Of a DNA stretch of 64,000 bases, positions 23,413 through 33,759 are shown piece by piece. Position 1 is the first letter of the stretch. Every line of letters starts with the position of its first letter. The position numbers and the translations under genes are program-made. Below the pieces are notes generated by a model. It did no database searches. It was given only the letters and a program-made list of their open reading frames with translations, and was not told where the DNA came from. The stretch covers positions 259,036 through 323,035 of the forward strand of contig JAHDYR010000017.1 in the NCBI GenBank assembly GCA_019828565.1, read 5' to 3'. Source of the DNA: Carpediemonas membranifera BICM. Taxonomy: Eukaryota > Protista > Fornicata.

Positions 23413-24610
23413 CATGCTGTCTGGAGGGGGTGTATGGGTGGCAGTATACACCTACGGAACAGAGGGGCTCTGTCAAAAATGTCCGATTTAGAACTTCTTA
23501 CTCTGGCACCATGTAGCCCCCTTCCTGATGCACCTTTGAGCACGTGCTTGGCCTGCAATAATTACTTGGCGTCCCGTAAAGCCCAAAAATCAATCAAATC
23601 GTCATCAAATGCGAATTAAAGATGCTGATATTGCTCATGAAACGACTCTGCTGATCAGCTGGGACTCTACGCGGCGATATGGCATGGCAAGTCTCTACAC
23701 TTTGGATACAATTCGGTCCCATGGTTCCTACCTTGACCTACGTTGTCTCGCGCGAGGGAGGTACTCACTGAAAGGATATATCAACACTGGGAGCAGAAAA
23801 AAGGCACAGAGAGATGCAGGCGCTGTTGCTGAGCTCATTTTCCGGATAAGACCCGTTTTTGTCACCTCAACCCATTCATATTGGCGGCTGTTGCTTCGTT
23901 TTTGATCAAATCAAATGGAAACCAAACCGAGATCCGGGAAACGAGGATGATTGGGAGAGATAGACACATCATAAGGTCTTTAATATAGTAATGCACCGTC
24001 AATGAGAAGTTCTTGGTTCCTGAAATGGATTATTGATTCCAAACGCTTTTCTTTGAGGATAACGCATTTATAGCGGTGATTTCCACACAATTCATCCAAA
24101 TACTGATCAAACCATCAGAACTGCAAGTAAAATTGGTATAGATCGTTTATCCACGGAGATAGCAAATGCTCCCAATCCCAGCTTACAAGAAAAAAAAGTT
24201 AAGGGGCTGTATTGGGGCTTGCACTGATATCTCTATATATGCCGACACAGTCACTGGGCTGTCCATCACTGAACAGCTCTAGCCCAATACAAAAACATGA
24301 GGGCTCGAAGTTTTGGCCTTCTCGGAAAAGGGTGGCGGAACGCTGCAACACTGCAATGCTAATGGACAGAGGGGAGGAAGTGGTCCACAGGTATGTCCTA
24401 TGGGTCGCTTCTTCCCCTCTGTCCATTTTTTACACGATATCGATTTGCCGGATTTGACACATGTTGTGCGATCTTTAACTCCTCGCGTCCAAGCACCTCT
24501 CCCAAACGATCTGCAAGATCGACCAGCCCTGGATCACTTGGGCCTGCCTCCGTGCCCGGCCTGTTGCGATCAATCATGTTGATTAATTGCAACGAACGCG
24601 ATCACCGGAA

Positions 24611-27327
24611 ATGGCGACTTTGGCTTCCGAGACGGAGATTATTAATACAGTGCATGGCATTGTCATGTATTCAGGCGCATGCTCGCTCAAGGTTCTCTTG
24701 GCGGTGCTGGAAGCGAAGATTGTTACCAAATGTACAGTTTCCGGCCGTCCGCGTCTCGATGAGGCGTCTGTTCAAAGATTTTTGGACGTTTCGTTGGCTG
24801 TTTCTCGGAATCCGCGCTTCATTCTTACTCCTGCTCTTGAAACCGCTTTGGAGGCGAGAAATTTTCGTGGCGTCCAAAGATTTCTAAGCACAAAAATGTT
24901 GACCTCACTCTTGCAGCTTTCATCCCCAGTTCCCTCCAGTCAACGACAGTCACAGAGTTCTTGGAGGCATTTGCTGCGATAGCTTCGGTCGACTTAGGCG
25001 CCAACAAGTATGACCGCCTGCGTCGCGTTTATAATCACCTTTCACAGGCGATGAACGTCGCCGATCGAGTTCCACAACTCCCACCGGCGAAGCCCCTCAA
25101 GGATATTGGCCCGAGTCTTCTTGATTACGGCCCACTGAACCGAAATCTCCGCGATCCAGCCTTGGTCACTGATATGGCAGCATACACACCGGCCAGCCTT
25201 ATCTTTGACGGATTTAGCGGCTTGTCTATGGTCAACCCTGATACTGCTGCGTTTTCTGGTCTCCCTGTGACTGTTGCGTCAGACAACAGCATAAAAATCG
25301 CTTGTCAGCAGGAGCAGACGACTTCCATCCTCAGCCTCTTCCGCACTGACGAATATTTGGTCTCTGAGCATGTTTTCCACCACGAGAAGTTCTCAGTAGG
25401 GGGTTCAGGTGTCCTTATTCTGTCGCCATACGAGGGTCAAATTGACGCAGTCTGCCAGCGTCTCTCAGCGAACGACGTCGTGTTCCGCCGGTATCATAAC
25501 AGTCGCCATGAGTATGCATCTAGCCTGACATACAACCTTCGGAAATGGATCATATTCGCTCTCGACAATCCCGCTTCAGTCGAACGTGCCAAAAACAGCT
25601 TCACTGTCGCGAAGACGGCAATGCGAAACTCGGTAGATTCCTCTTCTGCGAGTGTGAAGACGATCCAGCTATTTGTCTGGATTGACGGTTACCGCAAGGC
25701 CTCCACGGCGGTCAAGGTCAGACTCTATGACTCCTCCGGCAAAGTTCTCCCGCAGCTGATCACTCCTCCCTATACGATTTATCAGTACAGTGGAGATGAG
25801 GGTGACCTCCACAAACACTCAGCCGTCATCGAGAATCTCATCCGCCAGGCGACGACAATCTCTTACGATAAGTGTTTCATGATGCCCAACTGTACAGTTA
25901 AGGTGGAACTTACTGCGATACTGGCAGACCACAAGGCCATGCAGATCATCTGCGGGGTGAGCAAGGGCGGATACAGCAGGTCGCCGTTCTCGGCAATTGA
26001 ATTTCCCCTTCTGCCAAGAAACCCGTACGATGCGTTCTGTAGCCGGCTGACTCTGGGACAGACCGTGCAGGGCCGAACCACCTTACTCAATGGTGAACAC
26101 CAGACGACCCTGTTTCATAGTCTGGATAATGGCCAGGTCCAGACACCACTATTCTGCCACTACGATAACGACACGAGACAATTTTACGTCAATTCTCCCA
26201 GTCTGAGTCAAGTCATCGTCTGCCCTCCAGTGATGCACGTCAGCCACGAGCTCATGAGGCAGATGTGGGTTCTACTGGAACGATTCACTCCAGCTGTTCG
26301 CGGCAACCACCTGCAGACCCATATCGATGCTGCCTTCACCCGCACGACGGGATGCAACGAACAGAGTTGGAATAGACACCGTCTTGCCGTTCTGTCCAAC
26401 GATTACCTCCACAGCTTTGATGAAACTCTCCGCCCCTTCATTCTGATCATCAGTCATCTCCAGGCTCTGCTCTACTCCAAGGCGCCCGTGACGGATTATA
26501 CTGTTCGCAAGCTGTTTTTCATGGGGATGGTTACTTTCTACTTCTTCCATGTCTCGACCCTGCTCTTACCGACTGCCCAGCAGCCTCGGAACCGCAACAA
26601 CCATGACGCCCAGGAACCTGAAGCCGGTAGAGATGTTCGGCAGAAGCCCTACCTCCGCTACGACACGGGCGATTTTGCAGGGTCGTTATACATGCACGAC
26701 CTGATTGCAGTTTTGCCAGAAGTGTGCCACAGGCTGCGCATTCCACTCTTCAATCTCCTGGAGGAGTACTTCGAGCGAGACTTTTTGCTCGACGCAATTG
26801 TTCACAGAGAGAAGCATCGTGTGAGAACGCTGCTGTACAACTGTCAGAAGCTGCAGGTCAGGCGGTTTACAGCCTTTATCACTGGCGTTCGGACGTCTCG
26901 AAAGCACACAGACGTTGCGCCACTGCAGACTCACGTCAACCGGATTCGTCTTCACAAATGTCTGTGGGATGCCAGTTCTGCATTCAGCTGGCGAAACCGC
27001 ATGTTTGGGACTTCCAAAGAGGTGAATGACAATTTCAAAGGTTCCGTTCAGGACACTCTAGCAGCTTTACGTGACGGTCTTCAGCAGCATCTCAACAATG
27101 CCGTCCCTGACTCGTTTATAACTGATGGTGACTATCTCACATGCGTTGTAGGAGACCACCATGATGAGAACTCTACTTGTACAGTCTGTATCTGCCAACG
27201 TCCATCTGATCCTGGGGTGCGGCCCGACGCACGGCAGTCACGCCAACAGCAAGCCGACCTTGATCAACGTCGCGCGTTGATTTCAGACGATGAGATCCAA
27301 TTTCAGCAGCGGAGGGCACGGATGTAG
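24611..27327 (+). CDS. DDE transposase resembling RAG1 core / Transib / Chapaev (probable frameshift near 24950)
   Basis: LGANKYDRLRR, LFVWIDGY (first D), AILADHKAMQIICGV (second D), PPVMHVS, LYMHDLIAVLPEV...LLEEYFE (E). Confidence 0.7.
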
Positions 27328-27616
27328 TATTTCTATCCAGTCCAGAGGGTGAGAACGAAGTAAAAGTTTGATTGACACGAAAATGCACGTATCCCGAACC
27401 ACGAAGATGTAGTATGGTGACCTTTTAACGCACAGAGTAGACTGAAACTTCCCACTTGGCGCAGCTGGCCACAAATTGTTCTGATTTCATTTAGTGTGCA
27501 CTTTAGGGGATAGTTTCATTGCAACGCCAAAATGGCGAGTTCAGGTTGTAGCAATGATCTGATGCGCGGAATGTACTAGAAAACATTGCAATTACAACGC
27601 AAAGCAGCGAAAAGCG

Positions 27617-27866
27617 GAGAAATCAACATCAATAACAACATCAACACCAAAAGAACAGTATCCCAAAGAGTTGTGGGCGTTGCTGCGCCAAAGAGCAATA
27701 AATGACCACAAAGCATTCGCTTATGCACAATTAGCTGCCAGAAAGAACACTACACCGTTACTTTGGATCATTCCAGTTCGCCGGAGATGACGCAGGTCCA
27801 GAACGCTGCCTTGGAGGGCTGGTGAAGCGGTAGTGTAGCGCTTACTCGCCAAGCGGGCGATGGTCT
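27617..27866. repeat. 250-bp direct repeat, copy 1 (copy 2 at 29666-29915)
   Basis: Near-identical sequence (one substitution seen), 2049 bp apart. Confidence 0.92.
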
Positions 27867-28040
27867 CGACGGGACGGTTGACGGTCTCAAGGTGGCCCTG
27901 CTCTTCGACGTACCAGGCGGACATACCGATGACGGAGCGGCGCTGACCCTGGCGGACGTTATCCTCGCCCTGGGTGAAGCTGTTCTTGCCGCAGTACACG
28001 TCGATACCGATGGTGAGGCAGGGCTGTTGCATGGAGGCCG
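27867..28040 (-). pseudogene. Probable captured fragment of a Piwi/Argonaute PIWI domain
   Basis: QPCLTIGIDVYCG...RRSVIGMSAW matches the PIWI first-catalytic-Asp motif (GIDVxH...RS[VI]xG); strongly C/G-ending codons unlike the flanks. Confidence 0.5.
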
Positions 28041-29665
28041 AGAAACCATAAACTGCACGGATCCACAAACGTGGATTGGCCTGAACGACAGCGCTGATGC
28101 CCAGACAGGCATACCGTCGGTTGTCCATAGCACGTAGCAGTCAACTACCTGCCAATTGTATCAGTCTCCAGCCATAAGTCCAAAGCATGGCCACCTATAC
28201 GGCAGCCAGAGCCGATCCACATTTGTGGATTCAGCTAAACCGGGCATGCCACAACACTGCATCTAGTCCCAATACACGCGTGTATATACGCTAGAGAGGG
28301 CCGCATTTGGCCTTAGGAAACGGCTATGGGGTACAGCTTTTTAATCCTTAAAGTGCGTTGCATCGATGCAACAAGCAACTACCTCAAACGTGCGAGCTAC
28401 CATCGATTTCTTGGCACCAACACGACACATTGAAGTCAGATAACTACGCGGTCAGCTATGAGCACACTAAACAACATCACTGTGCCAAAATACATCTTTG
28501 GACATCAGGCATGCCACAGAACATGTAAGCAACATCAAACCCGCCTAATTCCAGCTCATTTAGTCAATAAACACATCAACACATTCCAATATCTCCTCAT
28601 GATGCGCCAGATGGCAAGTGACTCTGGCCTGCTCCTCCGGTGAATGACAATGCAGAAGTCTGGCTGTGGACTTGAGTCAGTCGGACGTGCCGGCCTGCAT
28701 GCTTCCTTGCGTTGTATGTAGATGTGGTCTGTTAGCCTGTTGCTCGGGTGGTTAACAAGGGTGAGTGAATAAAAGTGTGTTGAGGAAGTACGATCACGTG
28801 CTCGAGAACACCTCCCCCAACATTACCCTTCAGGACGTCGCATCCTTTGCCTACAACGCCTCCCATCTTTATTCAGCTGGGCCAGCCCCATCAGATTGAT
28901 GACCCGCCACCCATGGCCATGATGGTCGGCAAGACCCTGCCCCACACTACCGTGAGTTCCCTCTCTACCGCGGCCTCAAGTTCATCTAGAGAGTCTCCCG
29001 GCCACCAGTGACACCAGCCAACCATCGAGCATGTTAAGAACAAGCTCGAGTCGCCGCTGAACTGAGCGCTAGAACCAATGAGTAGCGCTAGTTCCTCGTC
29101 ATCGGCCATCAAAGATGCGCTGATCGCCGCATTCCGCACCTCGCTCACCGCAACGGCCTCCATCTCCGGGGACATACCATCCTTGCTCCAATGCGCCTAC
29201 ACCAGGCATTTTGGCGAGGAGATGCCCTCGGTCCATAACGCAGAGAGCACTACTGCATCATGTAGCGCCCCTTCTCTCGAATCCCTCCTCGCCACGCTCT
29301 CCAAGATCCCCCCGCTTGAACCAACCGCACAAGTCCTCCTAGATCACGCCCGCTCGATCCTCGCAGACGGACCCCCGCTGTCCATGAACGTCGAGCTCTC
29401 GCCTGGCGATGAGCTCCCGATCGCCATGCACACGCTGAACCAGGGCGCGGTGTGGGCGTGTCTGGTGGGTGGCGGGGCCAACCCGACCTCGAGGACAGAG
29501 TGCTGAAGGAGGCTCAAGAGCAGTGGCCAGGCATAGACGGCATGATCAGCGACGCGTTCACCCCCGAGGCCAAGTGCCTCTGGTTCCTCTGCCGCAAGTT
29601 CTTTTCACGCTGAACGTCGCAGAGAAGAACGGCGAGAGCTACATCAGTAAGCACTTTAGACTTTA

Positions 29666-29915
29666 GAGAAATCAACATCAATAACAACATCAACACCAAA
29701 AGAACAGTATCCCAAAGAGTTGTGGGCGTTGCTGCGCCAAAGAGCAATAAATGACCACAAAGCATTCGCTTATGCACAATTAGCTGCCAGAAAGAACACT
29801 ACACCGTTACTTTGGATCATTCCAGTTCGCCGGAGATGACGCAGGTCCAGAACGCTGCCTTGGAGGGCTGGTGAAGCGGTAGTGTAGCGCTTACTCGCCA
29901 AACGGGCGATGGTCT
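29666..29915. repeat. 250-bp direct repeat, copy 2
   Basis: Matches 27617-27866. Confidence 0.92.
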
Positions 29916-30047
29916 GATCAAGGTTCGGCAAGGGTCTTTGGGTCTCGTTGTTGACATGCGACGGCAAGCCCACTCTGAGGTCTCGCATGAGCCCCCGCAC
30001 AGTATCAAATCTGCGGCATAAACTTACAATATGTCATTCATTGACCT

Positions 30048-31177
30048 TTATTGATTCGAATCACTGTTATCCTCGGCATCAGCTGTATCAAAATGCTTCA
30101 TCATGTCACGGAAGTGCGAGAGATCGAATACCTCCCCTTCCTGATGCAGTGACTTATAGCAAGAAATGCAGATAGGGCCTCTCTCAGAGGGACGACCCAT
30201 AAGGTCGGGGCCAGACTCAAACTTATTAAAGGCGATGTGGTCCTTGCAGAAGTATGCATGGCAGTACATGCACATGAAAGAGTTGACACCGTTCGCGGAG
30301 ATATCAGTCTCACAGCCTCCCTTCATGCATATAGTCTGCTTCTCAGCGTTTGAACAGAGCTCACAGACGGTGAACGTCTTGTCATTGTTGTTCTTGTCCT
30401 TGCGAGTGACCGTCGAAAAGCTATCATCCTCACAGATTCTGTGGACGAACCTGTGGCAGAAGTCGCACTCTAAGACAGTTTCGTCTGTTCTACCGTCAAC
30501 GAAGAAGAGGCCACGTAAGTCTGCGCAGTAAGGGCAACACTTGCGGAGGCTGTTCTTCCACATCTTGGCAGTGGTGCCCATAAAGTATTCCGCGTCGGAA
30601 GCGCCTGGCTTCGTGTTCCTAAACTGCTCAGTCATGTGGTTCACGGCCTCAATCATCTCAGCGACGTTGGCACCGTTGACTGACGAAGCTTGCATTGCAC
30701 GCGTGGAGTCAACGGACATAGTGGGCTGCTCAGCGGTCTGAACAGTGGGGTGGGGGTGGGGACGGCAGGATTGCGGCGCGGCTGGCACACCCGGAAGGCT
30801 CTTTGGGAGCTTTCGAGCTTGGAATTTCGCAAATGATCAGTTTCAGCGTCAGTGAGAGTTACAAGCTGGCTGAGTCCGGCTATCAATGCGGCACGCCCTG
30901 TATCTGTCGCGTGAATTCCTTGGTAGATGCCCTTCGTGTTAGGAGAGAGTTTGCGGCCAGCAAGGTTCTCGATAGCCTTGGGTACTGACCTCATGAAGTC
31001 CTGCTTACGCGGCATGCGCTCTAGAACAGTTTTTGGGAGGATTGCAAGGATTGCATCCGCGATGGAGCGACAATCGCATTTCGTGCTTCTCTCTTCCCAA
31101 CGATAGCATGTTGCGATGATTGTGTGCACAATATCACGCACAGTATCTCTTGAAAGCCGCTCCTGGTCTTCTACCAT
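30048..31177 (-). CDS. PHD-finger protein (helical N-terminus, PHD finger, second Cys/His finger); probable frameshift near 30790
   Basis: CPYC...LECDFCHRFVHRIC...VCELC fits the PHD C4HC3 pattern; second cluster CMKGGC...CMYC...CKDH...CISC. ORFs 30653-31177 and 30048-30788 overlap on the same strand. Confidence 0.7.
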
Positions 31178-31980
31178 ACTGCCCCACTTTTGTGGGGGTG
31201 TAAAAAACTGAGTGCAGTTTTAAGTTGGAAATGGAATCCTACAGGTATAGAGACTATTACGAAGAGATAGGAACCGTTATAGCTGCAATTGATGCAATAT
31301 TAGCACATCCAGAACTGTGGGCGGTAGCAGAGCGTGTTGGAATGGATAGATTAGCAAGAGCGAAGGGCTTACTCAATATAGAGCAAGAAAGGGCCAAATG
31401 CGGGATTCCGCCATCAAGTTCAGAAGAGTACAGTGATTCACAGTAAACCGTAGCGATCTATTGAGTTATATTCAGTTCTGGCCATGTTCGGCTTTTCCGG
31501 AATGTCAAAAATTTGACACGTCCATTTCTCCAAATTGCTGATTGCCAACGCTAGACCAGACATGCCAGGCTGTAGTACACGTGCTATACTACAACGTGGT
31601 GGTTCTGGTTTGCCGTTGGCAATCAGCAATTTCGAGAACAGACAAACTTCTTTTGCGATTTTTGCAACTTCTGGAGCATATATCATTTGGTACAGACCCA
31701 GCCACGCAATAAAAACGCATAGCGTGGCTTACCATGGTCGAAACTATCTTAGAAAAGTTTGCGGTAAATATTGATATTGATATTGATATAGATCTCGAGA
31801 TTTAATGTCCCTTAGGTAGCCCTTGGATGCAAACATCCGCCCAGTAAATTTCGCTGTACAGCTCTAGCCCAATACAAAAATATGAGGGCTCGAAGTTTTG
31901 GCCTTCTCAGAAAAAGGTGGCAGTATACTGCTACTTTTCTTTGCTTGAGTAGCTGTATTACACCCCCTCCAGACAGCATG

Positions 31981-32228
31981 TCCTTCCCACTTGCGATCCA
32001 TAATCCCAGGTATCTCGCCTCCTTCTCTGGCAGTAGTGTTACCCCCTCGATCCTGACTAGGGCTGTTCTGTGCACGCTAATCATTACATTCTTCTGGGCG
32101 TTCACCCTCATTTCATGCTCTCTGATTATGTCTACCATTATGTTGGCGACCATCTGGCTATGCTCCGGTTTGCTCCCTGTGACCGCAGTGTCATCCACAA
32201 ACATGGTAAGTTCTGCCAGTAGTCGGTC
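31981..32228 (-). pseudogene. LINE C RT segment (catalytic FVDD to RYLGL)
   Basis: ELTMFVDDTAV...ARYLGLWIASGKD. Confidence 0.88.
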
Positions 32229-32315
32229 TGTGCCCTTAACCTGCGGAATTCGTAAAACAGTCTTTATCATATTTCTGGGCCCTAGCACGGCACAGTATCG
32301 ATACTGCCGATTCAA

Positions 32316-33758
32316 ATGAAGACTCTTACAATTGACACCCCGTTCGCCGTCGAGAGAGCACTCCAGGAGTACCTCTCGGCGATGCCCCACGAGAAGAATC
32401 CAATTTCGTTCTTTAGGGCATTGTCCCCCGAGACAACAGAAAAACTTCGCGCCCAGTGGCGCCCAACCACTCTTTTTGACACTTTCGAGGACCTACAACG
32501 AACCGTTCTGTCCGATTCCGATGCTCGCCGCGCGGCGAACACAAGCTCTGCCAGTACTGCGGCACGAGCCCGTACAACGAAGACCGACAACCTCACCGCC
32601 ATCTGGGTAGAGGAGGTACAGAAGACCATAAGAAAAGCCACGTTCGCCGCCTGTAGCGAGTGTGCAGCTAAGCACAAGGACCCCACCCTGACAGCAATGA
32701 CCCGGGAGTGCCTTGAAGCTCAACATCCCCAGATACTGACTGACTGCGGCAAGAAGGCCCGCGACTTCTTCACCCAGCTGACCGACGACCACGACATCGC
32801 AAACGTCGAGACAGTCGCACGGCCTGGCAACCTGACCGGCCCGGACGGCGAAGACGTCTCGGTGGCGTTCGTGTACATGCCCCCAGTGCCCGAGGAGACC
32901 AAGCCCGCCCCCTCCTCGGCGGCTTGGCCAGTCTTCGATGGCGGGGACGTCTACGCTTTCCTCGCCAAGGAGGCGACCTCCATCGCCCCCTACCTCGCAT
33001 ATACCCTCTTGACTAGTACGGACCCGGGCGCAAGAGCCAAGCTCCTCAAGGCAAAGCTCGACAACATCACGCTATACGGTCCGGAGCCCCGGCACCGAAC
33101 GGCCGTCGAGAAGGCACGTAAGCTCATAAGCGCCCTCAACCCAGACATCAAGGACGTCCCCACCATCTCCGCAAAACTGCTCGAGCGGATCATTCGGGAC
33201 TTCGCCACTAGAGGTTTCTCCAAAGAAGCCGAGGATGTATACGAAGAAGAGATTGAGGACTACTCCGACAAGATCAGCGAACTTCTCGACAAACTACGCG
33301 ACTTGGATGTTGATCACGACGAGAACATCATTATCCCATGGCGTGCCTTCAGACTCGCCAGCCCACAAGCCGACAACAACGAGCAGGCGTCGGGCACTTC
33401 AGGCAGGAAGCCGCTCGCTCGCAGGCTCGATGGTCGCGATCCGTTCCAGCAGTTCAGGGACAAGACCAAGTTCCGCATGCCTCCTTCCCACACGAGATAC
33501 TGCACACAGCATGGCTGGAACCCGCACCACGAGACGAAGGACTGCAGGTTCCTCATCAGACGGGAGGCTTACAAGGCCCAAGAACGCCAGCCACAGACCG
33601 AGAAGCGTCAGGAACGCAGACCCGAAGAGCGGCAAAAGCAGCCCGGCAACCGCGCACGCCCTGTGGCGCCCACCAGTCACCAACAGTCGGATCGCCGGGC
33701 CGGCCGCATGGACCTCCGCCCCTCGTCTACCCTGAAGAACCCCCCGCCGCGTCGATGA
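32316..33758 (+). CDS. Gypsy element 2 gag
   Basis: 480-aa ORF just after the 5' LTR, with variant knuckle YCTQHGWNPHHETKDC. Confidence 0.8.
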   Translation: MKTLTIDTPFAVERALQEYLSAMPHEKNPISFFRALSPETTEKLRAQWRPTTLFDTFEDLQRTVLSDSDARRAANTSSASTAARARTTKTDNLTAIWVEEVQKTIRKATFAACSECAAKHKDPTLTAMTRECLEAQHPQILTDCGKKARDFFTQLTDDHDIANVETVARPGNLTGPDGEDVSVAFVYMPPVPEETKPAPSSAAWPVFDGGDVYAFLAKEATSIAPYLAYTLLTSTDPGARAKLLKAKLDNITLYGPEPRHRTAVEKARKLISALNPDIKDVPTISAKLLERIIRDFATRGFSKEAEDVYEEEIEDYSDKISELLDKLRDLDVDHDENIIIPWRAFRLASPQADNNEQASGTSGRKPLARRLDGRDPFQQFRDKTKFRMPPSHTRYCTQHGWNPHHETKDCRFLIRREAYKAQERQPQTEKRQERRPEERQKQPGNRARPVAPTSHQQSDRRAGRMDLRPSSTLKNPPPRR

Positions 33759-33759
33759 G

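Larger units (their letters stand above)
23413..31980 (+). mobile_element. 8.57-kb TIR DNA transposon, CMC/Transib-related (RAG1-like DDE transposase) with cargo genes
   Basis: Perfect 22-bp TIRs catgctgtctggagggggtgta (23413-23434) and tacaccccctccagacagcatg (31959-31980). Removing the element restores the LINE reading frame, with TSD TC (or GTCC if the termini are one base shorter). Confidence 0.9.

Noticed and set aside
27617-29915. 250-bp direct repeats as LTRs of a TRIM element
   Set aside because: No TG..CA termini, PBS, PPT or TSD seen.
30048-31177. Calling the PHD gene a RAG2 homologue
   Set aside because: No kelch repeats are visible; only the PHD finger and the convergent layout are shared.
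31225-31686. Two small convergent ORFs (73 and 82 aa) near the right TIR
   Set aside because: They are plausible, but without motifs or homologues in the window they cannot be supported as genes.
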